Below, in pieces: positions 1 through 13,000 of a stretch of 64,000 bases of DNA. The translations under genes and the position numbers were made by a program. The stretch comes from Zygnema circumcarinatum SAG 698-1b. Its lineage: Eukaryota > Plantae > Zygnematophyceae. Below the pieces are notes generated by a model. It saw only the letters and a program-made list of their open reading frames with translations. It had not been told where the DNA came from and did not search any database. The stretch lies in contig CM074812.1 in assembly GCA_037447605.1 (NCBI GenBank), forward strand, positions 558,001-622,000, read 5' to 3'. Numbering within the stretch: position 1 is the first letter of the stretch; every line of letters begins with the position of its first letter.

Positions 1-497
1 CATCGCCTTTCCTTTCTTACAGTTCAAACTCTGCTGCTCTTTAAAAATAAGCTTCCACAACACTCCTCTTATGAGGTATCAGGAACGCGCACTCTGAATA
101 GTTTCGCATTCCTGCACATGAACCACGAAAGCAATCAGATAAGAGCCTATGTTATGCTACAAGCAGCCACTTGCAGAAATATTGTTAAGGATGTCCCTTA
201 TCATCGCACCACGGCAGTTTGTAAGAACCGCTGAACAGAATCAAGCTATCTTTAACCAACTTAATCGGCCACATTAGACCAATTAAAACCAAACAAAATA
301 AGCCCTTGTTCAGCTGCAACCTAATAAGTCAGACCAACATCACCTCCCTCTGCATCGCCGCATCCAGCCCTATTTAAACTCACTCACGCTCAGAGGGTTT
401 GCCAGAAGTTACTTCCTGGCCGCCTCCTTTCAGCATGCATGCATCTGATTGGCAAGGACAAGACATGCCAGTTCTAAGACCTTAAACTTAAGTTCAG

Positions 498-890
498 GCG
501 TGAGTTTGAAGAAGCGCACGAGCTGCAGCAACAGTTGCAGGATTTGCAAGAGATGAACTTCAGGCCCTCTTCACGCCGTCAAAAATCATCAACTTAAGCC
601 ATTACTTACCGCTTCCAAATACTTCAGATATTCCAGAAAACTTGGAAACGAATCTTGAATTGTGAGCTTTCACATACATACACACGTCCTCCTCCTGCAG
701 GCTATGCAGGTGCGGAAGTGTTCCAAGACCGACTGGCTGCCTCCGTTGCAGGGCTGCACTGCATTCTGGCAAAATCAGAAAAAGGGATGGGAAGCTCCAG
801 AAAAAGGAAGGCGCCAGTTTTGGACCAAGGGTTGGATCGACGGTCCGCGTTGCAGATCGCAAACCCGGACGGTTCAGATTTAGTCACGCC
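498..890 (+). CDS. Possible exon fragments of an unidentified gene (may begin left of the window)
   Basis: AG-preceded open segments at ~498-597 (REFEEAHELQQQLQDLQEMNFRPSSRRQKSST*) and from ~702 (GYAGAEVFQDRLAASVAGLHCILAKSEKGMGSSRKRK...). No family recognised and no consistent splice model built. Confidence 0.2.
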
Positions 891-2980
891 CGACCAATAT
901 AGCTTTTGTGAAAGGACTGGGATCCACTTTCCCTTTTCGTTTTTATTTACTGGGATCAAGGGAGCACATTTGCAACGCCAGATTTCAGAAGCGTGTAATC
1001 GACGGCTGATATTGCAGTTTTGAGAATCGGACGGACGTACAATTGACGCGTCAAATCGGATTTTTAGACTAATGGGCAAAGATCCACTTTGCCACGGAAA
1101 TGGATGTGGAGGTGGACCTTGACGGTTGAGATTCGTCAAGGTGGGGGACTCACGATATTGGAGAACCATGTTTTTGAACTATCCAATGCTTATTCGACAC
1201 GTGTAATAGTTTATGCACGTTTCGTAATACTATTGGTGGAAATTTGAGAGGTTGACCCTCGGGCCTGGCCAACCGAGGGACTTGGACTTTCAGTTGATCT
1301 GATCCATTTCTTAAGTTTCGTATATCGGAGGGTCCAAAATGCACTTGGCGTTTTCCCATTGGTTTAATTCACTACCGTAACTTGGAGTGGCCCCTGGGTG
1401 CTGTACAGAGGGATACAAAACTGTACGGTATTGTACAATTCTGTGCGCAAAAATTGTTTTTTTCCAAACACGCCAAAAATGTGTCCCGCTAACGACGCAC
1501 GATTGGTCGGCCGCACATGCGACGCATTTAAATTTTAGCCCAACCGAAAAAGTCAAACAAGGAGGCTCATCTGATTGGCCCAAAATGCAGTTACACTTGT
1601 CGTTTTGAAAGAAATCGGTGCACTAGCAGCCAGAATGCATTTAATCCATATTTTTTGTCGTTTCTTGAATCTAGACGAAAAGTATCTGTGAGGAACTTTC
1701 AAACAAACTTGGGGCCGCGGCACCGTACGGACCGCTATAGACAATCGTGTGGCTGAGAGCAGTCAAAAACGACAAATAAAATTTCTATCGGTGTCGGCAG
1801 ATACGTCCAAATCGTAATCAGATACGATCTCCAAAAATCCGGCCTTTCGATACTTCCAAATCTTGAATCATGCTTATTGCCGTACTATAGTACGGTCTGA
1901 CTCCTGTAGGAATCGGTCCGATGAAATACAGCGGGACAGTGGGACTCCTTCACGGTCCAGATTTCCGCCAATTAGAGCGTACCACGTCAGATACGTACAC
2001 CGTGTCATACTGCCATTGGATCCCGCTTAGCGCGAAAGCTCCGACTGTACATGCATAAAATCAAATTAAAATCGCGAGTTCAATGAAATTTTCCACTCTC
2101 ATAATATGAGGAACCACGAAGAACTTTTGAACACAGCCACTGCCACGTTGGCAAGCATCTGACGTGACATGCGCTGATAGACCGAGATTCCCGTCATGTC
2201 TCGCCCAATGAAATGTTGCCTTTTTCCATGAACGAGTGAACGGCATCATGACACATGGCACTTTGACACGTGGCGCAATCTAGGCCTCAAATTTCACTGA
2301 ACGCGCCTGCGCGGGCAGCCGAGGTGCCCTGAAATTTGCTGACTTCTTTTAGTCATGGGGCTGGCCTGTGCCTTTAGTCAACCTTTGAGGGACACTCCTG
2401 TAACACCACCCGAGGTGTACCATACACTAAACGACAAAGGCATTCTCGACCTTACCGTACGGACACTGACTGGAGCTGGATTTGCGGACGTTGTCCGAAT
2501 CGACTACAGTTCTGTAATGTACGGTATGGTACGGTACATACGGTCATGGTCAAGATTTTCAGAAGTTGTACGAACGTTCCCGATTGGCTACCATAAGCAC
2601 CGACTGTACACGTGGGCCAATCCTGACGGTCCGCTGCCAGCCCCAAAAAAAAAAAATCAAAAAACAAGAAACTAGAAACCCGAAAACCGCGAAACCCCTA
2701 AAACCCGAAATCGTTTTTTCCACCTCCACGAATTGTTCTAGTTTTTGACGGCGGCAATTTTGGCCGGCAACGGCAGAGGCCCAAGACTTGCCGGTCGGTC
2801 GGTTATTGCCAGTTTACAAAACGACAGAACAGTTCAACCGACAAACGTTCTGACACCCGATCCAGCTGGCCGACTAACAGTAAAACTGAACAGGTTGAAA
2901 AAAAAAGAAACTCAAGATTTTTGGCTATTGAAAAAAACTTTCAAAACCAGTTTCTCTAAAGAAAACCTTACATTATTGTA

Positions 2981-3926
2981 GGGTAGTGATATTTCCACCC
3001 CTTTTTTGGATCCAAACACCCCTTCCCGGCCGGGCAGATTTCAAAAGGGATTAAAAACAGAAAATGCTTTTTTCACACCTTTTTGGAATCGATACCCACC
3101 TTCTTCCGTCGGCTGATTTTATTTTTGCTAACCAAGGAAAATGATACTCCGTCACCGCATTTTGAATACTGTATCCCGCCTCCCTGAATTTTTTTTTTGA
3201 GGGAAAGAAATATCTGCCTGCCCGAATCCGCTCGGAGCGGAAGATCCGTCCGCCACGAGATCGTTCGCGGGTGTCCATCCTTCACACGTGTGTGTCAATC
3301 GCAGCTGTCGATTCCCTCGCAGATCACACCACTGCAGATCACCGTTCGATCTGCAGCCGGGCTCGATTTAAGCGAATGGAAAGCGCCCACGAGTCCTGTC
3401 AAAGCCAAATCGCACGTGCGAGTGTGAGCGTCTTTCGGCCCGAGATCTCGTCATTGTTAGCTCCCAGCCAATAAACATCTGCCACGTGTTACATTTTTGA
3501 CGTGGAAATTTTTGATTGGTCTAAGATCTCAATGTACAAAATTTTGGGTTTCTCAAGTTGCGACCGTACGACATTTGTACGAACAAACTTTTGAGTGGAC
3601 TTTGGCGGGATACGTGGGCACGTGCCATGCGCTGTGACCGAGCCCGGATGCCGATCAAATAGTGATCTGCCGTGTTGCGATCTGTGAGGGAATCGACGGC
3701 TGCGATTGACCGCACGCGTGAAAAAAAATTCAGGTAGGCGGGACATTCAAATGGGGTGACGGGTTATCATTTTCCTTGTTTCGCAGAAATAAAATCTGCC
3801 GATGGAGGGTGGTATCGATTCCAAACAGGTGTGAAAAAAGCATTTTCCGTTTTTAATCCTTTTTGAAATCTGCCCGGCCGGGAAGGGGTGTTTGGATCCA
3901 AAAAAGGGGTGGAAATATCACTACCC
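2981..3926. mobile_element. Non-autonomous foldback/MITE with long TIRs (Mutator-like or hAT-like)
   Basis: Starts GGGTAGTGATATTTCCACCCC (2981) and ends GGGGTGGAAATATCACTACCC (3926). The inverted match extends ~200 bp with inward decay, plus a second internal inverted pair (~3290-3365 / ~3640-3715). Flanked by the exact 8-bp direct repeat TTATTGTA (2973-2980, 3927-3934). Confidence 0.9.
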
Positions 3927-4658
3927 TTATTGTAAACACGATTCATTTTAAGAAATGAGAAATGATTTCTAGTTTTTTCTCAATACAATTTTTATTGAGA
4001 GCCAATTGAACTTTGAACAATTGATTATCATTCGTGTTCAATTTGAGTTTACCTTGGGTCTACTGATCAACAATGCAATCTTAGCGGATCGCAAAGCGTG
4101 TGGACCTGGTTGTTTGTTCATTAATTGTTGATCAGAAAAGAGTCGTAATGCCCGGGTTAACTGGATCCCTCGAATCGCTCGGAGCCACCGTGGCAAAAAC
4201 TGGACTCCAGCACCTGCGATCGAACCAATTGAGTCTTTAAAATTTTCTTTGAAACTTTTCGTTTTCTTAAACTGAAAATTTTTCGACATCGAGTGTTCAA
4301 AGTTCAACCTTATTCACGAAGATTGAGAATTGAGAAAATAAGTAAAGTCGTTTCTCAATTTCTCAACCTGTTCGGTTTTACGGGTATCAGTCGGTCAATG
4401 CCGTTCTATTGCGCTAAACGACAAATACGCCTAAACGACAAGATATCCAGCTGGCTGAGTTGCCAGTCGGTTGATGCAGGTTAAACGACAAACTTGCTGA
4501 CGCGTCCTTCAGCCGGCCATGATGTACGGCAGCCGGCCGGCCAAGGCACGGCCGCTCCTCGCCGGCCGGCCGGTTTGCCCCCTTTTGCCGCTGTACGGAC
4601 CTGCACATTTGCTCTCCTTCCGGCCGGCCTTGAGGGAAGCGGGTCGCGGCCCGCAGCC

Positions 4659-7600
4659 ATGGCGTCCTCGTCCATGAAACCTAACCCTAAATCTAACCCT
4701 AAGTCTACCGCCATCCCTAATCCTAACCCTAACCCTCATCCGAATTCCAACCCTCACCCGAACCCTAACTTCCACAGTAACCCTCCTAACCCTAACTCTA
4801 ATTTCAACCCTAACCCTAACATCAACACCAACCCTAACCCTAACCCTAACCCTATTTTCAACCCGTACCCTAACTTGAACACCAACCCCAACCCTAACCC
4901 TAATCCCAATTTCAGCCTTTACCCTAATCCTAACCCTAACCCTAACTCCAACCCTAACTCCAACCCTAACCCCAACCTCAACCCTAACCCTAACCCTAAC
5001 TTCAACACCAACCCTACCCCTAACCCTAATCCTAATTTCAGCCTTTACCCTAACCCTAACTCCAACCCTAACCCTAACCCTAACCCTAACTCCAACCCGA
5101 ACTCCAACCCTAACCCTAACCCTAACCCTAATCCTAACCCTAACCCTAACCCTAACTCTGACCCTCCCCCTTCTGCCCCTGCCCCCCCTCCGTTCTCCTA
5201 CCGCGAGGCTGCCGGCGCCCTCGCCCTCGCCAGCGGGGCGCTGCGGCACTGCCCGGAGGACGTGGCGCTGTGCGTGGACGTGGACGCGGAGGTCGCGGGC
5301 GAGATGAAGGCCGGGGGGGGCGGGGGCGGCGCCACGCGGCTGGACGCGGTTCGCCAGGCGCTGCTGCTCTTCGCGCACGCCAAACAGACCGTCGGCGCGC
5401 GCCACCGCTTCGCGCTGCTCTCGCTCGCGGACACGCCCGCCTGGGTGGGTGGGGGCAGGGCCTAGGGCCTAGGGTGTAGGTGTAGGGTGTAGGGTGTAGG
5501 GTTTACGGTTTAGGGTTTGGGGTGTAGGGTTTAGGGTTTCGGGTTTAGGATTTATGGTTAGGGTTTCGGGTTTAGGGTTTAGGGCGCAGGCTGTAGGGTT
5601 GTAAGGATTAGGGCGCAGGGTGTAGGGTTTAGGGTGTAGGTATAGGGTATAGAGCTCCTTCTCCCTCCCTCTCTCTTTCCCTTCCTCTCCCTCTCTCCCT
5701 CCTCCCCCTTTCTCTTCTCCTTTCCCCTTTCCCCCCCTTTTCCTTTAGCGCTGATTGTTAACGCCGGAACGTAAATGCAATTTTCTTTTGCCTAGGCAGT
5801 CATTTTAGGGTTTTTAGCCTGTGTAGTCTTTTTAGCCCACTTAATCGTTTTAGCCATCACTTCCCCTCCCTCCCTCTCTCACCTCTTCCCTCTCCCGCAG
5901 ATCTTCCCTGCCTCTCCCTCCCCCTCCGCCTCCTTCAGCGCGGACCTCCCCGCCCTGAGCCGCGCCATCCGCAGCCTCCGGCCGGCGGGCGCCGTCCCGC
6001 GGTGCGACCTCTCGCCGCTGCTCGCGGACCTCGCGGTCAGGGCCAGACACAGCATCGCCCAGGGACGCCTCCTGCGGATGGTACGCCTTACCTGCCTCCC
6101 TGCCTCCCTTGTGAGAGAGGAAGAGAGAGGGGAGGAGAGGGAGGGAGAGGGAGGGAGAGGGAGGGAGGGAGAGGGAGGGAGAGAGAGAGAGAGGGGGAGG
6201 GAGGGAGAGGGAGAGGGAGGGAGAGGGAGAGGGAGGGAGAGAGGGTGAGAGGGAGAGAGAGGGAGGGAGAGGGAGGGCGAGGGAGGGAGAGAGGGAGAGT
6301 GAGGGTGAAAGAGGGAGGGAGAGGGAGAGAGAGAGAGAGGGAGGGAGGGGGAGAGAGGGAAAAAGGGGGAGAGAGGGGGAGAGGGAGAGAGAGGGGGGGA
6401 GAGGGAGTGGGAGGGGAGAGAGAGAGGGGGAGAGAGAGGGGGAAGAGGGAGAGAGAGGGAGAGGGGAGAGAGGGGCAGAGGGGGGGAGAGAGGGAGAGAG
6501 GGAGAGAGAGGGACAGAGAGAGAGAGGGGGAGAGAGGGGAGAGAGGGGAGAGAGAGGGAGGGGGAGTGAGCGAGAGAGAGGGGGTGAGCGAGAGAGGGGG
6601 TGAGCGAGAGAGAGGGAGAAAGCGGGGGCCGGAAGCAGGCTCCTATTGAAAAAACAAGGGAAAAACGAGGGGAATTACAATGAAGAAGAATGAAGTAGAA
6701 TGAGAAGGAATGAGAAAGGATAGAAAACCCACTGAGTTGCAGGTTTCAGAAAACGAATGGACAATGGTCGATTCCCAGTTTGGACGGAAACTCCCGCGTT
6801 CATTCCTGCTCTCCCCTCTGTTCTCTTCTCTCTTCTCTCTTCTCTCTTCTCTCTTCTCTCTTCTCTCTGCTCTCCCCTCTCTTCTCTCTTTCTCTCTTCT
6901 CTCTTCTCTCTTCTCTCTTCCCTCTTCCTGTTCCATGTGATGCAAGCACACCACTAGGTGTTGATCTACAGTCGGTCCAATGTAATTCCGGAGCTCTCTC
7001 AGCCCCTTCCCTTTGAGTCGCGCCGCCTTTTTACGGCCGATGTAATCTATTTACACGACCGCCCCTCCGAGGCGAACCGCCCGCAAGCAATTTACGACTT
7101 TCTCGTGAATGCATTGGAGGCAGCAAGTGCATATGAGAGCTATATTTTCGAAAGCAGCAGGTATTGAAAGCTCGGCTCGAACTCCATACTATTGGGAGGG
7201 CAGTTGCTTTTTTTTTTTTGCTCGTTTTTTGTATATTATCAGTATACATAATTCGCGCTCGTAGCCTTTCTTCTTCCTTTTTTTTCTTTTTTCTAAATTT
7301 GTACTCGGATATGGTGTTTTTATTTTGAGTTTTCGCTAACAATTTAAAAGGGTGTCCGCGAAAATTTCTATGGGACTCGTGAAGTAGTGCAACCTTACAA
7401 AGCTGATGCATTGTTGGGAGAAGGGGAGAAGCGGGGATGGTGGGCGCAATGGCGGGGGGCAGAGAGAGAGAGAGAGAAAAAGATTAGAGCGGGGTGACAA
7501 GGGGGAGAGAGCAGAATGAGACGGAGGGTAGGAGAGAGCGAGAGAAGGGAGATAGGGGAAGCGGAGGAGAGGCAGATAGAGGGGCAGCATACAAACAGAC

Positions 7601-7960
7601 AAATTGAGAGATGGAAGTGAAAACGAGGGGGGGGGGGGTTTAGTTGCTTCCCACATCCACCAGCCTTCCAAATGATGACGTGGCGCCCTCTAATTGGTTG
7701 GACTCTCCTTTTGGCGCAGCGGATTGGCTCGCGTCCTCTTCCGCAACATGTGCTGTTTGTTGGCCCATCCCTTGCAGCGCTGCGAACAAGACCTTTTTGA
7801 TGTCCCAAAAGATATTACAAAACTGGGCCCTCCCCCTGCCCCCCCCCTTGCGCCCTCCAGCGGATCCGGAGGCACGGCCTCTAAAAAAGGGGGGTCCTCC
7901 TCGGGGTATAATATCAATGATGAGGATAGGAACAGCCCCTATTCTCTGCATTCAGGATGA
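4659..7960 (+). CDS. BABAM1: BRISC and BRCA1-A complex member 1 (BABAM1/MERIT40/NBA1), vWA-like, with an N-terminal Asn-Pro repeat extension
   Basis: Exons 4659-5444, 5901-6080, 6958-7160, 7720-7960 (GT-AG, phases consistent, ~469 aa). The motifs [22 protein letters not shown]....[24 protein letters not shown]....[38 protein letters not shown] match plant BABAM1 as I recall it. Confidence 0.9.
4677..5157 (+). repeat. Degenerate (CCCTAA)n telomere-like hexamer array inside BABAM1 exon 1
   Basis: ~480 bp of AACCCT variants, read in frame as (NP)n with no stop. Confidence 0.9.
5461..5645 (+). repeat. Degenerate (TTTAGGG)n plant-type telomere-like heptamers at the 5' end of BABAM1 intron 1
   Basis: Runs such as tagggtt-tagggtt-tcgggtt-taggatt and tagggtg-tagggtg. 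Confidence 0.8.
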
Positions 7961-10565
7961 AGTAGGGGAGGGAGAGAGAGGGGGAGGGGAGAGGGAGGGG
8001 GAGGGGGAGAAGGGGTGTAGATAGTGAAATGAGAAGGGGTGTAGATAGGGAGGAGTTGGCAGTAATGTTGGGTGGGTCTCTCTTTGTTTTCTGTTTTCTT
8101 CCTCTCCCTCTCCCTTATCCTTTTCCCACTCCTCCTTCCTCGCTCTTCTCCCTTTCCCTCTCACTCCCCCTCTCCTTTCCCTCTCACCCCCCCTCTCCTT
8201 TCCCTCTCACTCCCCCTCTCCTTTCCCTCTCCCTCCCCCTCTCCTTTCCCTCTCACCCCCCCTCTCCTTTCCCTCTCACTCCCCCTCTCCTTTCCCTCTC
8301 CCTCCCCCTCTCCTTTCCCTCTCTTTCGCCCTCTCCCTCCACACTCTTCCTCTCTCTTTCCCCCTCACTCTCCCTCTCCCCCTCTTTCGCCCTCTCCCTC
8401 CCCCCCCCCCTCACTCTCCCTTCCCCCATTCCCGTTCCGCTCTCCCTCTTCTCCATGTGCGCCGCCTTTCCTCCGCCCCCCCCTCCCTCCCTTTTCTTGT
8501 CTTTATTTTGTGTACCAAAGGACTAGACGATGTGTATTTGTATCGCGCTGTTGGAGGTGTGAGAGGAGAGAGGAGAGTGAGGCTCTCCATGTTCTCTATT
8601 CGTTTGTATCAAATCTTTTTCTTTTAGAAAACATGTCTCCTTTCGCTGCAGTTGAATGCATTGTGTGGCTGATGCCATCCATGTGTCATGGCGCATTATC
8701 ATGCACCATGCGCCATGCGCCATGCTCCATAGAAAATAACCGAACTGGGACTGGAACTGAGACTGAAACAAAACGAAAACTGGAACTAAATCCCAAAACC
8801 GTTGTCTTATTATGGCCCACTGGTCACAGTCCTCAGCATGGACCCGTTGACGTGGCAAACCGTGATTGGCGGTGGCGTTTACGGAATTGTGCCGACCACG
8901 GAAACTCATCCAAACAAAACAGCTTTTAGAAAAACTTCCAATGGCGGTTCGCCACGTCTGTAACATTGTACACGTGGCAGCTTCTCGTTGGATGTGGCTC
9001 CATTGATACAACGGTCCTAAAAGTGTCACGTCCAGTTTTTTTGTGGACCTAACGGCTCTTTGACCTTGCCCAAACGTTTTTGGAAAAAAAACTTTTTATC
9101 TCCCCTAAAATCTTTTTGAAAGTACAAAATAAAATTATACACGGTAATGAACTGTTGGCCGCAAATTTAAGCCAGAAAAAAAAAACATTCTGCCCGAAAT
9201 CGGTTCCGTGGGCAGGAAAAAAATAATTTTCTTTCCTCAGAAATTTTTTTCCTTGGCGGCGCATTTTTGCTTGGCCCCGCGAGCCGTTTTGAACTTGCTA
9301 AAACGTATTTCAAAATGGTCCTTCAGAACATTTTGGAACATTTTGGTCGTCCAAATATATGGGCTGCTCCCCTGCTCCCTGCTCAAGTGTAGCTTTCTGC
9401 GCTGTTGCAGCTGCACTTTGAAAATTACATTCAGATTGAGGTTAAGATTAGGGTAACGATTAGGGTTGCTGGTGACTGAAGCCACCTCGGCATCGTTTGG
9501 AAGATCGTCGAGATTTTCTCCGAACGCGGGAGGAGGATTGCATTGCCTTGTCCATTGCAAAGGGCTGAACCTTCTTGACGAAGGAAGGAGATAGGTACTT
9601 GGAAGATTTGAAGACGAGGATTCTTGGTAAGGAGGCTTTGCATGTTCCTTGCAGCAACAGAAACAGAATTTGAAACTGAACTGAAACTGAGGCTCCAAAA
9701 ACTGAACTTGAGATCGAAACTGGTGTGTCTCTGGCTAACTTAGAAGTGTCAACAACCTTCCTTTTGCAAGATGATGAAATGAGATTGAGAGAATTTGGAA
9801 CCTTCGTTTCTGGATCCGTTTGAAAATGAAAATGATTGAGTCACTGATGCAAGTGTGGAAGTGATGACTGGCAGGAAGAGAAAGCAGGCTGATTTCTGGA
9901 GTTTTTTTTTTTTCCTTTTCCCGTTAACTAGCATCAGTAAACGGAAGGATCAGTTATTTTATGTAATTGTTCATCAAAGAAATAAAATTCAAATCTGCTT
10001 GTCTCGCCAATTCAGAAATTGGCTGGCAAGAATGGTGGTGGTGGGTGGGGAGGGGGAGGGGAGAGGGAGAGAGAGAGAGAGAGAGAGAGAGATAGATTTC
10101 AAATGCTTCACTTTTACTATTTGCTTGGAGCACTGGTGTGAAGTCTTTCAATAAGGTTTATCATGCAGCAGTTGTAATATCTAGTCATGAAGAAGCTGAA
10201 GTCCAAACTTGCTTTGACATCGTCTATCTTTCACCCGAATTTGGTTGTGCCTCTCCTTTACTTGCAAGTGTTCCCGCCTGAGAAATAATCTCTGAGTGAA
10301 AGCAATGAAAAAACCCGAAAAACCCTTGAAAACAACGGAAAGCCCTAGAAACCATAGAAACCCTGCAAACGGATCACCTCATGAATCATTCATTCCTCTC
10401 TCTATGATGTTCAGATCGTTACTTTGTCCTGCTCCACAGGTGAATCAGAATTTCCAAGCCGAAAATGTGCACTTTGTAAGCTGCCTAATTACCCTAATTT
10501 CTGGTCTTCCTTTGCTATCAGATAATTGTTTTCCAAGAAACAGATTGAAGCCAGTCTCTCGCGTG

Positions 10566-10967
10566 ATGGCGGGTGAAGAGGTTGACACCGGAGCTGTGAT
10601 TGTTGAATACGAGTACATACAAACTGCAGATCTTAAGGATGTGGAGTCACCGGAAGCCTGCATGAAGGTGAGCTGCATGATCCAAAGTCGATGTATATCA
10701 GTCGGGGTATATCCATCGATTCTCGCTCTCTCTGCATCATTCTAGAATTTGGAGATTCACATGGACTGCTGCCTACAAAGCACGACACGTGAGAAACACG
10801 AATTGGTTCCATTGGAGTGTCAATAAAATTGAGTTCTTATGTTTGTTGTGTTCTCTTTACACAGTGAGAGTTTCAATGAAAGGTATGAGATTCTGAACGT
10901 GTACGAGAGATTAGGTTGTTTCGCGTACAATCGATGTCGTACAACTGCACTAGTCTTATCTGTCCCA

Positions 10968-11004
<37 letters not shown>

Positions 11005-11042
11005 TCTCTCTCTCTCCCCCCCCCTCTCTCTCCCCCCCCCTC

Positions 11043-11091
<49 letters not shown>

Positions 11092-12629
11092 TTCAGACTC
11101 TGGTGTCGAGGTTGGATTCAAAGGACTGGCTTGTGATCTGTGAAGCTCTCAACAATGTGAGACAAATGTCTCTGTTCCATCCAAGGCAATTGGCCCCGAA
11201 ATTGTGAGTACCTTTGCTTTTTGTTAAAGATGTCGGATTTTTGTATGTTGTTATGGCAGAATACAAAAAAAGGTGACTTATCAATGCACTTTTCCGGATA
11301 AAAAAGTTGATGTTCTTTACATTGAGAGGCCTTATCCTTTCCTCTTGTTCACTTCCACGAGGGGCTAGAGGGGATATTGCAAAGCTATGAGTGATTTGAA
11401 AATCACGAACGGACTTTTACTTTTTATTTCCTGTTTGATACAGGGGTGCTGTGGTAGGAGCAATTCTGAATGCTCTGAAGAACCCTCGGAGTGCATTGGT
11501 GAAGACATGCCTCATGGCTACGTGTGATATTTTCACCGCTTTTGGGGACGCGATGTTGCAGCACTTGGATGCTATGGTAAGGAATTCACTGCAATTTTCC
11601 TCTCTCTCTCTCTTTCTCTCTCCCTTCCCCCCCTCTCCTCTCCCTCCCGCTCCCCCTCTACCTCTCCCTCTACCTCTCCCTCTCCCTTTCTCTCTCCCTC
11701 TCCCTCGCTCGTCCTCGGCCTCCCGTTGTTTACTTTTACTCGGTCGCCTTACTCTCGCTCTCTCTCTCCTCTTTCAGGATGTGGATGACAATTCCTGTAT
11801 TGCAGATTCTACCCCTTTTAAGCTTGCAGAGTTCTCTCGCTTTCCCTATTTTCATTCCATTCTCTGTTTGTTCTATTCTCTTTATTTGGTTGCCGCAGCT
11901 TCTGCAGTTGCTGCTGAAAGCGTCGGAAGATAAGCGGTTTGTTGCAGGGGAAGCCGAGAAAGCTCTGGCAGTCATGGCCTCCCACCTCTCTCCTCGTCCT
12001 CTCCTGCACAAGCTGCAGCCCTATTCCGCTCATAAGAGCCCCAAAGTACGAGCTAAAGCTGCAGTAGTTATCCGCGATTGTGCCGCTAAACTGGTGAGTT
12101 TTCCAAACTGCCCTTTCCCCCTCTCTCTCTTCCTCGCCCTCTCCCTCTCCCTCTCCATCTCCATCTCCATCTCCCTCTCCCTCTCCCTCTCCCTCTCCCT
12201 TTCTCGTCCTCGGCATCCCTTATCTACGCTTAAGCCCCTCTTAAGCTTGTGCAAAAACAATTTAAAGCTTAAAATGGCGAATACAACATTTACAAAACAA
12301 AAAATAGAAAAAAAAATCAGGTGGAGAGGCAAGCAACTCAGTTTTCTTTCGCCGTCCTGTTCTGCTCTGCATGAGAGCAGGATACTGCAGACTTTGAAGT
12401 GATTGGATTTGCTTCCCTTATTCGATTGGCGGGAGGGCAAGTGAGTGACCAACTCCCAGAGGCACGAGACGCAGGAAAGAAGACTGCCCTCTTATTGCAT
12501 GCTGCCTTTGAGGAGAGTGAGGGGAGACAGGGGGGGTCCCCGGAGGACCTCAAGAGCAGGTGGCAAAGACTCTGTCAGAGTCAACTCTCAGTCAGCTCCA
12601 CCAACTCCATCCTCCGTATTACATCATAG
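10566..12629 (+). CDS. TOG/CLASP-N (ARM/HEAT repeat) domain protein, plant single-TOG family
   Basis: Exons 10566-10667, 11097-11203, 11444-11576, 11899-12093, 12381-12629 (~261 aa). Motifs: EYIQTADLKDVESPE, LDSKDWLVICEALNNVRQ, ALKNPRSALVKTCLMATCDIF, LLLKASEDKRFVAGEAEKAL, PKVRAKAA, SDQLPEARDA. An additional upstream exon (~10440) is possible. Confidence 0.85.
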
Positions 12630-12967
12630 AGGTCGAGGGCCCATGAACTGTGTTTGGGCCATTCTACTTCATAAAACTTGAATCATACTCTTTGTAATTC
12701 TTGGGTCCATTGGGAAGCTGGGGAAGGAGGCAGGGGAGGTGAGGAGAGGCAGGGTGGGAGGGAGGAAGGAGGAGTGTTCTGCAAAACTAGTGGGAGGTTT
12801 ATTATGGTCTTTGGGAGCCTTTGGAAAGTTTTGAGTTTCAAGAGGGAGGGGTTGTTCAAGGAGGGCCGCACAGTCCAACGCCATGTTGGGGTTCTGTACT
12901 TTGTGTATCATGGGAGAGCCTTGAAGAGGCCCTCAATGTAACGGACAGAAAGAGAGAGAAGACAGAG

Positions 12968-13000
<33 letters not shown>

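Noticed and set aside
2745-4600. Weak inverted/direct similarity (GTAAAAC.GAACAGGTTGA, AAACGACAAA) flanking the foldback element
   Set aside because: Only ~40 bp of loose similarity in mixed orientations, too little to define an outer element.
4509-5405. 298-aa antisense ORF with (VR)n repeats
   Set aside because: It is the mirror of the stop-free hexamer array and GC-rich BABAM1 exon, with no independent coding signal.
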